This document shows, one piece after another, positions 1 to 8,534 of a DNA stretch of 64,000 bases; position 1 is the stretch's first letter; every line of letters begins with the position of its first letter. Below the pieces are notes generated by a model. That model saw only the letters and a program-made list of their open reading frames with translations, was not told the origin of the DNA and did not search any database. Made by a program: the position numbers and the translations under genes. Source of the DNA: Bdellovibrionota bacterium (GTDB taxonomy: Bacteria > Bdellovibrionota_C > UBA2361); contig JBILDU010000003.1 of assembly GCA_044352465.1 (NCBI GenBank), forward strand, positions 1,752 to 65,751. Direction: 5' to 3'.

Positions 1-1
1 C

Positions 2-1030
2 GATCTGCTTCCCGCCGTGCCCCCCGTATACCGCTCCCGGAACTCCCGGGAACTCCTTGTCACGATCAGCCATATTTTCGCCCGGCTTGAATACCAAGAA
101 GCGATCCGCATCCTTGACATAAAGCTCGGCGTCGCCGTTCTTTCCATCGGTCATGAGGTACGCAAAGGAGTTCGTTCCGCGGGACTCGCCGATAATTTTT
201 CGCACATCGGCGAGGTTATTCGCCTTCAGGAGTACGTCCCGGAGCAGGAAGGGCATCGGAACACCTTCGAGACGCTCGTTCGGTGGATCCCCGTAGCCCA
301 TCTCACCAAGGGTGATCTTCTGAGCATTCATTCCCGATATCGCGCCCAAAAACCCTACCCAGCCGATGTTAACGTAAGGGTTCCCGTTATCGGGCCGATG
401 CACGGCGAGAAGTGGATACTGATGAAGCTTCGAGATCTTATGCAGGCCCCAGTCGAGAACCCGGACGGTGTACATCTCACCGTCTGCGGTCATATCCGGG
501 CTCGCGCCGATATTGCTACAGGAGGTCCCGAAATCTTCCCCCGCCATCATCTGCTTGATGATCCCGTGAACCCGCTTCTTTCCACCCCACTCCCCCATCT
601 CGGGAAGCGCGTGAATGTTATGAATCGTGCGCAGCGGCATGCGCGCCCCGTGAGAGAGGCCATGCATCTCATCGATGTAATCCTGCGGAATGTACGGGCG
701 CAGCCGCTCATACACTTCATCGAAGATCTCTTCGAAATAGAACTTATCGATCGCCCGATCGTAGAGATAGCTGAGATTGTCCTCGACCTCTTTTCTCAGG
801 AGAACACCTTGCTGATAGCCGCGCTCGTAGGCGTTACCCTTCAGATAGATAACCCGGATTCGTCCGTCCTCGGACCAGCCAAGTTTGGCGCGTGAGACGA
901 TCTCACGTTCCTGCTCTACCGAGCGAATTTTGTCGCTTCGAATGAGAACATTCCACGGATCGATGCGGGTAAAAGCACACCCTGAAGCGAACGCCACCGG
1001 AAGAAGTTTAAGAAGCTCACGTCGATTCAT
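2..1030 (-). CDS. C45-family (AAT/Ntn-hydrolase) peptidase, predicted Tat-exported lipoprotein; runs off the left edge
   Basis: Not in the ORF track because it has no stop in the window. Manual translation from ATG 1030: MNRRELLKLLPVAFASGC (twin-Arg plus lipobox), YLKGNAYERGYQQG, YIDEMHGL, GTS-CSN (Cys nucleophile), RVLDW, GFLGAISGMN, GVPMPFLLRDVL. Confidence 0.8.
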   Translation of the reverse strand, partial: MNRRELLKLLPVAFASGCAFTRIDPWNVLIRSDKIRSVEQEREIVSRAKLGWSEDGRIRVIYLKGNAYERGYQQGVLLRKEVEDNLSYLYDRAIDKFYFEEIFDEVYERLRPYIPQDYIDEMHGLSHGARMPLRTIHNIHALPEMGEWGGKKRVHGIIKQMMAGEDFGTSCSNIGASPDMTADGEMYTVRVLDWGLHKISKLHQYPLLAVHRPDNGNPYVNIGWVGFLGAISGMNAQKITLGEMGYGDPPNERLEGVPMPFLLRDVLLKANNLADVRKIIGESRGTNSFAYLMTDGKNGDAELYVKDADRFLVFKPGENMADRDKEFPGVPGAVYGGHGGKQI

Positions 1031-1168
1031 AAACTCTGCAACACCCCTCGTAGTCGGCCCAATCTTACCACGGAGGGGAACGATCGCACTACGCGAGTGT
1101 TCGAGCCCTCCCGCTCCATTTCATCGCAAGCGACTCCGGCGATCAAACGGCCCACCGGTGGGACACAT

Positions 1169-1954
1169 TTACCGCGGAATCAGCCGCAAAAGATCCTCGT
1201 GCAAGACGGTATTCGAGGCCACCAGGTACTTGTACGAGATCGACCCTTCACCGAATATCACCTCTTTTCCATCCTCGTCGGTGACTCGCCCCCCCGCCTC
1301 CTGAACCATAAGTGCCGGTGCGGCGAGATCCCACTCCCGATGCGATTTAATGTGCAAGATAAACCCATCGAAGTCACCGGTGCAGAGGGTCAGAAACGCA
1401 AGCCCTGAATCGAGCCACCGGTCATAGACCCATAAAGCCTCGGGTGGCTCCATATGGCGGAGGTAGACGGAGCGGGGACGAAAGGCGGTGCTCCGTGAGA
1501 CCAGTAGCGGGCGGCCGTTGAGGGTAGCTCCCCTACCCCGCATCGCCACCGCAGTCATCTCGCGCGCGGGAACGAACATCACCGAGAACTCGGGCACGCC
1601 GTTGACACACAACGCCAGGAGCACTGAAAAATCGTCGTTGCCGTCGATAAATGATTTTGTTCCGTCGAGGGGGTCAAGGATCCACACATGTGAACGACTC
1701 GACAACATCGGGTCGGCTGGCCCCTCTTCAGAGAGGACGGCGTGTTCGGGAAAGATTTTTTTCAAACCAGGCACGAGGATATCATTCGAGGCGAAGTCAG
1801 CCTCGGTAACAAATGAGCCGTCGGCTTTTTGCTGAATCAGAAGCTCTCGTCCCGCCTTGCCCGCCGCGCCTCCAGGCCAAAAATCCATAAGGGTCTTCCC
1901 TGCAAGCGTCACGAGCGCCAGGACCTCTTCGACCTCTTTATGAGTTAGCGGCAT
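1169..1954 (-). CDS. Inositol monophosphatase / CysQ-like 3'(2'),5'-bisphosphate nucleotidase
   Basis: VTEAD, LSEE, WILDPLDGTKSF and EWDLAAPALMVQEAGG motifs. Confidence 0.9.
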   Translation of the reverse strand: MPLTHKEVEEVLALVTLAGKTLMDFWPGGAAGKAGRELLIQQKADGSFVTEADFASNDILVPGLKKIFPEHAVLSEEGPADPMLSSRSHVWILDPLDGTKSFIDGNDDFSVLLALCVNGVPEFSVMFVPAREMTAVAMRGRGATLNGRPLLVSRSTAFRPRSVYLRHMEPPEALWVYDRWLDSGLAFLTLCTGDFDGFILHIKSHREWDLAAPALMVQEAGGRVTDEDGKEVIFGEGSISYKYLVASNTVLHEDLLRLIPR

Positions 1955-1996
1955 TGGTTCATTTTAACCTGAAGCAGCTCGGCGTGCCATGAAAAG

Positions 1997-2119
1997 GTGG
2001 TGCGAACCACTGGCTCTCCAGACTTCGCCCCCTTCGGGGAACTCCGTCTGGCAAGCCAGACTTTCAAGGGGCGAAGTCTGCCCGCCGGAGCCTCGACCGT
2101 AGGTTAACCGTAGGCGGGC
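1997..2119. repeat. REP-like multi-hairpin intergenic palindromic element
   Basis: CAGACTTCGCCCC (2019-2031) pairs with GGGGCGAAGTCTG (2068-2080). This encloses CCC-TTCG-GGG and GTCTGGC-AA-GCCAGAC hairpins, flanked by GTGGT-GCGA-ACCAC and GCCCGCC...GGCGGGC. Confidence 0.5.
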
Positions 2120-2190
2120 TAAAATCTTCTTCGCTGTTTTAAAGGGGAGCTCTAGAGCGGTTCGAATTGGCCTATACCATGTCCCTCACC

Positions 2191-3099
2191 CTACAACGGG
2201 ATGCAGGTATGCGCACTTCGCGCCTCCTCCATTGGAGCAAGAATCGCCTCAATAATCGCATCAAACCGTGGCGTCCCGTGCGACGATAATTCAGCGAGAG
2301 TATCTCTAATCGTCTTCTCCGCCTCAGCGAGCATTTTCCACGGCTCACGGGCGGCCCCCGTGAAGAGGTTCTCCTTCCCGTTCCTTTGGTCGCTACTTCC
2401 CGGTCTGCCACGCGCTGAGTCGGAGCCGTGGACATCGAGGAAATCATCGGCGATCTGAAAGACCAAACCAACCCCGTGACCGAGACTAGCGGCATTTTCT
2501 ATATCGCGGCCGCTACGCCCGGCGCCGATGACACCAAAGCAGGCGCACGCTCGAAAAAGCGCGCCGGTCTTAAGGCGGTGGATGGAAAGTAGATCCCCGC
2601 GCCGTTCCTCGGGAATAAGATCGAGCTCTTGGCCCGCACAAAGATCGATAAATGCACGTGCAATTACTTGACCAAGGAGCACTTGGGTATCAGCGGAAAG
2701 CGGCGCGGTGAGGACACGCTCGTGAGCCAACGCGATGAGGAGATCGCCCGCCAGGATAGCGCTCGACTCAGAAAATGCGCGGTGACAGGCTGGCTTACCC
2801 CTTCGATAGTCATCGTTATCGAGCGCAGGAAGATCGTCGTGAACGAGCGAGGCGCAATGAAGTAGCTCAAGCGCCACCGCCGCCGGTGCCAATTTGGTCG
2901 GATCACCACCCAGATCGGCGCAGAGTGCTAGCGCGAGCACCGGGCGAACCCGTTTCCCACCCGAGAAAACCCCGTAACGGCCCGCATCGATAAGGCTTGG
3001 GGCGAACAATAGGCTTTTGAAAGCCCCCTCAAGCTCTCCGTCAACAAGAGCTCGAAGCCCCTCAAGTGTGAAATCCCCTATCGCCCCACCGGTCGCCAT
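2191..3099 (-). CDS. ispA: Polyprenyl synthetase (farnesyl diphosphate synthase-like)
   Basis: GGKRVRP, SLVHDDLPALDNDDYRRGKPACH, GQELDL, KTGALF and FQIADD motifs. Confidence 0.9.
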   Translation of the reverse strand: MATGGAIGDFTLEGLRALVDGELEGAFKSLLFAPSLIDAGRYGVFSGGKRVRPVLALALCADLGGDPTKLAPAAVALELLHCASLVHDDLPALDNDDYRRGKPACHRAFSESSAILAGDLLIALAHERVLTAPLSADTQVLLGQVIARAFIDLCAGQELDLIPEERRGDLLSIHRLKTGALFRACACFGVIGAGRSGRDIENAASLGHGVGLVFQIADDFLDVHGSDSARGRPGSSDQRNGKENLFTGAAREPWKMLAEAEKTIRDTLAELSSHGTPRFDAIIEAILAPMEEARSAHTCIPL

Positions 3100-4394
3100 A
3101 GCGGCAAGCCCCCAGATAAGACTAAATCCCTAACGATTCCAATAAGATAGATAGACCCAGCTATCAACACAGGCCCATGGCCGTGCGATATAGCTTCGAT
3201 AAAAGCCCCGTATTCCCGACCAAAACACCGCGCATTTATACCAAATCTCGATAAAAAGGCGACGATATCCTCCTTTGGCACCGCCTTGGGAAAGTCTGGC
3301 TCTAAAACTATCCATTCCCCCACGAACGGAACAAGTGACTCGACCATTCCCCGCCAGTTCTTTGTATCGATAGCCCCGAAAGCGCAGGCTGGACGAATCC
3401 CTCGTGCTTTGAGGAAAGTAACCAGAGAGGCCACACCAGCGGGATTATGCGCCGCATCGATAATGACCTCCCGTCCCTTAAAATCCCCTATCTCCAATCG
3501 CCCAGGCCAATACACATTCCGCACACCCCGCTCGCACTCCGCTTCGGATGCCCCGACGAGACGTGCCGTGGCTATCGCTACGGCCATGTTGTGGGCCTGA
3601 TGTTCCCCGCGCAATGCTGGCTTAAAGTCGAATTCGGTTTCGCCTTCAAGGTAGCGACAGCCGCCCCCTACCCCAACTTGCACTTTAAAATCACCTCCGA
3701 ACAGCCAAAGTTCAGCATTTCGGGAAGCAGCCACCGCACTTACCTCGGAACACGCTTCAGCACTCAAATCCCCTACGACAACGGGTACGCCTGGTTTGAT
3801 GATGCCAGCCTTCTCTCTTGCAATAGCTCCCAGGGTGGAGCCAAGAATCGCCTCGTGATCAAAATCAACGGTCACGACGACACACGCCTTGGGCGACTTA
3901 ATGACATTCGTAGCGTCGAGCCTCCCCCCAAGACCGACCTCCACAACGGCGAGGTCGACCCCGAACTCCCTAAAAGCAACGAAGGACGCGGCTGTAATCC
4001 CCTCAAAGAACGTCGGCGGCTCTTTTAAACCCCGAGCGGCCTCACGAACTAACTCTCCACAACGATTTAAAAGCTCATCCTCTATGGGAGCACCATCAAG
4101 GACAATCCGCTCATTAATCCTTTTAAGGTGCGGTGACGTCGTCAGACCAATCCTCCGATCCCCTTCCGCCAAGATGCTAGCGACAGCTACCGATACCGAC
4201 CCCTTACCGTTCGTACCAGTCACGTGAATTGATGAAAATGAGTCCTGCGGGTCGCCCAACGCACTCATAAGCTCACGCATGAGCTGGAGCGACCAATCAC
4301 CTGAGAACGCCCCATTCCAAGGAGCGAGGCTCTCAAGATACGCGATTCCAGACGATACGGTCTTACCCATGGATGAACCGAATGAGTCGATCAT
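3078..4394 (-). CDS. folC: Bifunctional folylpolyglutamate synthase / dihydrofolate synthase
   Basis: IHVTGTNGKGS, TSPHL, EVGLGGRLDATN, EKAGIIK, WPGRLE, DAAHNP and GSIYLIG motifs. Confidence 0.95.
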   Translation of the reverse strand: MIDSFGSSMGKTVSSGIAYLESLAPWNGAFSGDWSLQLMRELMSALGDPQDSFSSIHVTGTNGKGSVSVAVASILAEGDRRIGLTTSPHLKRINERIVLDGAPIEDELLNRCGELVREAARGLKEPPTFFEGITAASFVAFREFGVDLAVVEVGLGGRLDATNVIKSPKACVVVTVDFDHEAILGSTLGAIAREKAGIIKPGVPVVVGDLSAEACSEVSAVAASRNAELWLFGGDFKVQVGVGGGCRYLEGETEFDFKPALRGEHQAHNMAVAIATARLVGASEAECERGVRNVYWPGRLEIGDFKGREVIIDAAHNPAGVASLVTFLKARGIRPACAFGAIDTKNWRGMVESLVPFVGEWIVLEPDFPKAVPKEDIVAFLSRFGINARCFGREYGAFIEAISHGHGPVLIAGSIYLIGIVRDLVLSGGLPLWRPVGR

Positions 4395-4410
4395 GTCCCA
4401 CGGTGGGACA
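4394..4410. promoter_or_regulatory. Candidate parS centromere site, copy 1 (TGTCCCACGGTGGGACA)
   Basis: Perfect 8-1-8 palindrome just downstream of parB, overlapping the folC start codon; a near-identical copy lies at 4455. Confidence 0.7.
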
Positions 4411-4454
4411 GTTATTAAGGCCTATATACCCCAACAAAATCGGCTCCGGAATAG

Positions 4455-4471
4455 CGTCCCACGGTGGGACA
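4455..4471. promoter_or_regulatory. Candidate parS centromere site, copy 2 (CGTCCCACGGTGGGACA)
   Basis: 16/17 identical to copy 1; about 12 bp from the parB stop. Confidence 0.7.
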
Positions 4472-4483
4472 CCCCCTCGGCTT

Positions 4484-5359
4484 CTAGTGTGGCGAGGATT
4501 CAGCCACGAGCTTTCGAAAAAGCTCTTGAAGGTCTGAGCTTGAGTAGAACTCGATCATGAGCTTGCCACTCTCCGAATCAGGAGAACGCTTCACCATCTT
4601 GACCTTGAGACCAAGCGCGCGCTGAATCTCATCGGCGATACGCTCATCTTCGGGGTTTAGCCGCGGAGTCTCAGCCCCCTCTTCAACTGAGTGCTTCTCT
4701 ATATCCTTCTGGAGCTGGCTACGGGTAAGCACCTCTAGCTCTTTCAAATAGCTAGCCCGAATCTCCTCATCTTCTATCTTGGCCAGGAGGAGTATCTTGG
4801 ACTCGGATGCACCTTCACGGAGGGCGTTCAAAAGGTCGTCTGGAAGATCGAGTATCTCCAGACTCCGCTGCACCATGCTTTTTGATGTGCCGAGACGATC
4901 GGCCACATCGCGAACGCTCAGGTTATAGCTCTCTTTAAGGGCACTAATCGCATGGGCTCGCTCTAACGGGCTCAGATCAGCTCTTTGGATATTTTCGACG
5001 AGCTGCATCGCTAAAGTTCGCTCGCCCGAACTATCGTCACCTTGGTCGACGAGGACCGGAATAGTGGCTTTGCCAGCAAGACCGGAAGCTCTAAAACGGC
5101 GCTCGCCTGAGATCAGGGTGTAGCGTCCTGGCGTCTTGCCAGGTCGAACAAGGATCGGACTCAATACTCCGTAAGTCTTTATCGATTCCGACAGCTCCTT
5201 AAGCTTCTCTTCGTCGAAATTAACCCGAGGCTGATTAGGATCCCGGTCGATCGCGGTAAGAGCAAGCTCACGGTAGGGGATGCCCATCTTATCGCGCTCA
5301 CCGAGACCGGGGCCGGAGAGAAGGGGATTGTTAGCGAGGGTAAGTTTACGATTTGCCAT
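4484..5359 (-). CDS. parB: ParB/Spo0J partition protein
   Basis: NQPRVNF, GVLSPILVR, ISGERRFRA (CTPase Arg patch), ENIQRADLSPLE, HTH, and a Spo0J-like C-terminal GKLMIEFYSSSDLQEL. Confidence 0.95.
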   Translation of the reverse strand: MANRKLTLANNPLLSGPGLGERDKMGIPYRELALTAIDRDPNQPRVNFDEEKLKELSESIKTYGVLSPILVRPGKTPGRYTLISGERRFRASGLAGKATIPVLVDQGDDSSGERTLAMQLVENIQRADLSPLERAHAISALKESYNLSVRDVADRLGTSKSMVQRSLEILDLPDDLLNALREGASESKILLLAKIEDEEIRASYLKELEVLTRSQLQKDIEKHSVEEGAETPRLNPEDERIADEIQRALGLKVKMVKRSPDSESGKLMIEFYSSSDLQELFRKLVAESSPH

Positions 5360-6134
5360 TTAAGACCTCCTCAGCGAGAGCGGCGTAGTCCTCAGCACCC
5401 GAAGATTTAGGTGCGTATTCAAATATAGTCTGTCCACTCGCCGGTGCTTCCGCCAGCGACACGTTTGAGCGCACGACCGAACTAAACACTAAGTCACCGA
5501 AATAATTACGGATCGTGTCAGCCACGGCGCGCGCAAGGCGCTTCCGGCTATCGTGTAAGCAGATAAGAACTCCACCAACAACAAGTGTCGGATTATAGAT
5601 ACTCCGCACTTGATCGATCGTATCGAGTAGCTGACGCACTCCGTGAAGCGCCAAATATTCGCTTTGAACCGGAATAATGACCTTCTCGACCGCGGCAAGG
5701 GCGTTCAAAGACAAAAGTCCGAGGGCAGGGGGGCAGTCGATAACCACAACGTCGTATTCGTTTCGAACCTTTTCAAGCGCCCGCTTGAGAATAAGCTCCC
5801 GACCAACGACACCGCCAAGCTCTAAATCCGCGGCGCTGAGAAGGAGACTTGAGGGAACGACATCCAGGTGCTCGGAGCGGTGCAGGGTGACCTCATGAAT
5901 AGACTTATTGCCTTTGAGGACATCGTAGATAGTAAACTCAGGCACTAAAGCGGCTGTCTCGATACCTTGCGAGTCCTCTTTAGGACCGAGCCCAAGATGG
6001 GTGGTCATATTGGCCTGCGCATCGATATCGATCAGCAGGACCTTCTTACCCTTCTCAGCGAGCGCAGCGCCGAGATTAACCGAGGTGGTAGTCTTACCAA
6101 CGCCCCCCTTTTGATTCACCACTCCGATGACCAT
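5346..6134 (-). CDS. parA: ParA/Soj ATPase (start probably ATG 6134, not 6221)
   Basis: NQKGGVGKTTT deviant Walker A, DIDAQAN, IDCPPALG, PVQSEYLALHG and LAEAP; no N-terminal HTH; overlaps the parB start. Confidence 0.95.
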   Translation of the reverse strand: MVIGVVNQKGGVGKTTTSVNLGAALAEKGKKVLLIDIDAQANMTTHLGLGPKEDSQGIETAALVPEFTIYDVLKGNKSIHEVTLHRSEHLDVVPSSLLLSAADLELGGVVGRELILKRALEKVRNEYDVVVIDCPPALGLLSLNALAAVEKVIIPVQSEYLALHGVRQLLDTIDQVRSIYNPTLVVGGVLICLHDSRKRLARAVADTIRNYFGDLVFSSVVRSNVSLAEAPASGQTIFEYAPKSSGAEDYAALAEEVLNGKS

Positions 6135-6515
6135 GCCCACGACTGATAATCTCCCGGGTAACGTGATTCGAGGTAATTTACGCACGGCGGGGAGGGGTGC
6201 TCCGCGTCGATTTTCCAGCAAAAATCGGGCTAAAAATACTTTAAATAAGTTTTAGTACCGACTTCACGATTGGTCTAATCTGTCAAAAAAGGGGGGTGAA
6301 ATCCAGAGCAAAGTGACCTTCTTTTACCCCCTTCATCGTGAAATGGTGAAAATTTATGGCCCGCGCCCTCGACCAATCTTACCCCGGCGCTCGATAGGTC
6401 CACCGCGGGACACCGCCGCCGCGCAACCAAATCGGTCTTGGTGGGGTGGGGGAGAGCGCACAGCCGACACCCTCGTGTGGCGGGATAAAAAAGATGCCCT
6501 TTCGTGATCCGACCG

Positions 6516-6660
6516 TAAGGACATTCGTGCAACGGCACTAACGAACCACGCGCTTCCGGATAAGAGCTCTCCGGTTCGAGATAAGAAAGCTCGCGTATGA
6601 GCCTAAGTACTATCGTGCTCAGGGATAAGAAAGCTCGTGCCTTCACATAAATTAATCGCC
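6516..6660 (+). repeat. Iteron array, consensus TAAG-N5-TCGYGC, about 22-bp period
   Basis: 6516 TAAGGACATTCGTGC; 6539 TAACGAACCACGCGC; 6561 TAAGAGCTCTC (degenerate); 6582 TAAGAAAGCTCGCGT; 6604 TAAGTACTATCGTGC; 6626 TAAGAAAGCTCGTGC; 6648 TAAATTAATCGCC (degenerate). Spacings are 23, 22, 21, 22, 22, 22. Confidence 0.8.
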
Positions 6661-6790
6661 ATAACCTATTGATATTTATGCTTTTATACTCCGCTTACTT
6701 TAAACTTAGTAAACTAATTACTCGTTGTTTAACTAACTAAAAGTAAGTAGGTTCTTTATTATTCTTTCTAGGAGTTGTTTCTCAAGTAGC
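6645..6790. other. AT-rich DNA-unwinding element of the putative replication origin
   Basis: Strongly AT-rich tract in a GC-rich background, with short AACT(A/T)A repeats (aaacttagtaaactaatt, taactaactaaaagtaagtag), adjacent to the iterons and upstream of rep. Confidence 0.7.
6662..6674 (-). promoter_or_regulatory. IHF-binding consensus site in the origin
   Basis: Reverse complement TATCAATAGGTTA matches WATCAANNNNTTR exactly and lies between the iterons and the AT-rich tract. Confidence 0.6.
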
Positions 6791-6874
6791 TACTGGGCGC
6801 ACGAGACACTTTGAGCAGATTGACTCTTTGTCGGACGGATTCTTTGGAGAGAAGCACCTTTGCGGAAAAAACAG

Positions 6875-6906
6875 GCGCAACAAAGACTGCGCAACAAAGA
6901 CTGCGC
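6875..6906. repeat. 14-bp tandem duplication GCGCAACAAAGACT x2
   Basis: Copies at 6875-6888 and 6889-6902, plus a partial GCGC. Confidence 0.9.
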
Positions 6907-6973
6907 GCACCAAGCCCGGCGAGCCACACCGCTCGACGCGTTTGAACAAAGGGTAGGACCCATTTTTGACACC

Positions 6974-7004
6974 GCCTCTATTTGAAGAGGCCTCTATTTG
7001 AAGA
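6974..7004. repeat. Tandem duplication GCCTCTATTTGAAGA x2 (16-bp period) immediately upstream of rep
   Basis: Copies at 6974-6988 and 6990-7004. Confidence 0.9.
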
Positions 7005-7019
7005 ACGAGCGTTGACGCG

Positions 7020-8534
7020 ATGACTCAGCAACATCTCATAGCCCCGCAGCGTATCGCCTCGCGGGATGAAATGAACCTGGCTGAGTTTCCACTCACGGTA
7101 CTTTCCACTCGCGCGAATCCAGGGCTTAAGACCCTTGAGTTTAGCGACCACATCCGTGGAAAAAACGGAGAGCTCCTTGAGCGTAAATGGATCATCACCG
7201 GCGCTGATAAATTTGGGCTCCCCACCTCGTCGGACGATGAGGTCCTCCTCGGCCTTCTCAAACTAACTGTTGATGACGGGTTTCGCGAGCGTAAAATCTA
7301 CTTCACCCGTTACGAGCTCTTAAAGATATTACGCTGGACTACTGAGGGACGCAGTTACTCGCGGCTTCAAAAAGCGCTCGATCGCTTGAGCGGTGTGCGT
7401 ATCAAAGCGACGAACGCTTTCTACGATAACGAATCAAAATCGCACAGCACCCGCAACTTCGGTATCGTTGATGCCTATGAGATCAACGACGGACGTGATA
7501 GCTCGCCGAAACCGAGCTTCTTTATCTGGAGCGAGGTTCTCTTTAAGTCCTTTCAGGCGGGCTTTATTAAAAAGATCGACCTCGACTTTTATCTCGATCT
7601 TCAGAGCGCGGTATCGAAGCGGCTCTATCGCTACCTCGACAAACACTTCTGGTATAAAGCCCGCGTACAGACCAACCTTTTCACCCTAGCGCATGAGAAG
7701 ATCGGGATTTCGCGGAACTATGCTTACGCGAGTTCCCTGAGACAGCAGCTTGATCCTGCGGTTGAGGAACTGGTTAACCGAGGATTTCTATCGGGCTGTG
7801 AGTATATCGGTAAGGGAAAAAACACCGAAGTTGTGTTCTTTGCGGCGAGCACGAAGCCTCGGGTTGTTGCTGCACAAGGGCCCAAAGCCCCGGAGGTCCT
7901 TCCTCCCGAGCCGAAGGTGGAGCCGAGCATTCGAGAGACGGCGGAGCCTGCACCGCTCGATTATCGTGTGGCGGCGGAACTCGTTGCGCGCGGGCTACGC
8001 CAACATCAAGTCGAGCGGCTGCTGCAAAATCGGAGTGAAGAGCAGCTTCTTAAAATCGCGAAGATCGTGGAGCACTACGACTTTCTCAGGGCCTCCAACA
8101 GTCCGCGGATTAGCAAGAGCCCGATCGGATTCCTGTACCGTGCGGTGGAAAATCCCGACGCCTTCGTCCTGCCTAATGATGGGGCGAAGCCGGAGCAGGT
8201 CAATCTGAACCTTGAGAGCAAGGCGGCTCTACCCAAAGCACGGAGCGGGGCAGGGGAACGCACCGCCCAGCCCTCCCATGAGACCGAATATCTCATCGCT
8301 CGGAAACGTGAGCTGGTGCGCCTCCGCGAGTCCGTTGAGCCCGAACTTCTCGGAAAAATTCGGAGCGACGTCGAGAAAGCGCTCATGAAGCTTAAGGGAA
8401 GTATCTCTCCAAACCGATTTGATCAGGCGGTAAGCCATGCGGTGGACGAAAAGCTCGCCAAACTCTTCGCTTTACCAAGCTTTGAGGAGTGGCTCGTTCG
8501 GCGCACCGACGAATCGGAAGATCATGAGGACTGA
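7020..8534 (+). CDS. repA: Plasmid-type replication initiator protein A (RPA / TrfA-like winged-helix family)
   Basis: N-terminal RDEMNLAEFPL, GLPTSSDDEVLLGLL, FTRYELLKILRW...GRSYSRLQKALDRL and KRLYRYLDKHF resemble RPA-family initiators; the gene sits next to iterons and divergent parAB. Confidence 0.8.
   Translation: MTQQHLIAPQRIASRDEMNLAEFPLTVLSTRANPGLKTLEFSDHIRGKNGELLERKWIITGADKFGLPTSSDDEVLLGLLKLTVDDGFRERKIYFTRYELLKILRWTTEGRSYSRLQKALDRLSGVRIKATNAFYDNESKSHSTRNFGIVDAYEINDGRDSSPKPSFFIWSEVLFKSFQAGFIKKIDLDFYLDLQSAVSKRLYRYLDKHFWYKARVQTNLFTLAHEKIGISRNYAYASSLRQQLDPAVEELVNRGFLSGCEYIGKGKNTEVVFFAASTKPRVVAAQGPKAPEVLPPEPKVEPSIRETAEPAPLDYRVAAELVARGLRQHQVERLLQNRSEEQLLKIAKIVEHYDFLRASNSPRISKSPIGFLYRAVENPDAFVLPNDGAKPEQVNLNLESKAALPKARSGAGERTAQPSHETEYLIARKRELVRLRESVEPELLGKIRSDVEKALMKLKGSISPNRFDQAVSHAVDEKLAKLFALPSFEEWLVRRTDESEDHED

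Noticed and set aside
17-895. 292-aa plus-strand ORF
   Set aside because: Antisense shadow of the C45 peptidase on the minus strand, which carries the recognisable motifs.
6275-6646. 123-aa minus ORF and other short ORFs in the parA-rep gap
   Set aside because: No motifs, and they overlap the iterons and parS-like site; the region is better explained as a non-coding origin.
6516-6660. Mini-CRISPR interpretation of the periodic repeats
   Set aside because: The 22-bp period is too short, the repeats are degenerate, there are no cas genes, and the context next to rep fits iterons.
6222-7019. DnaA-box oriC or canonical parS
   Set aside because: No TTATCCACA/TGTGGATAA and no TGTTTCACGTGAAACA were found by eye; degenerate boxes cannot be excluded.
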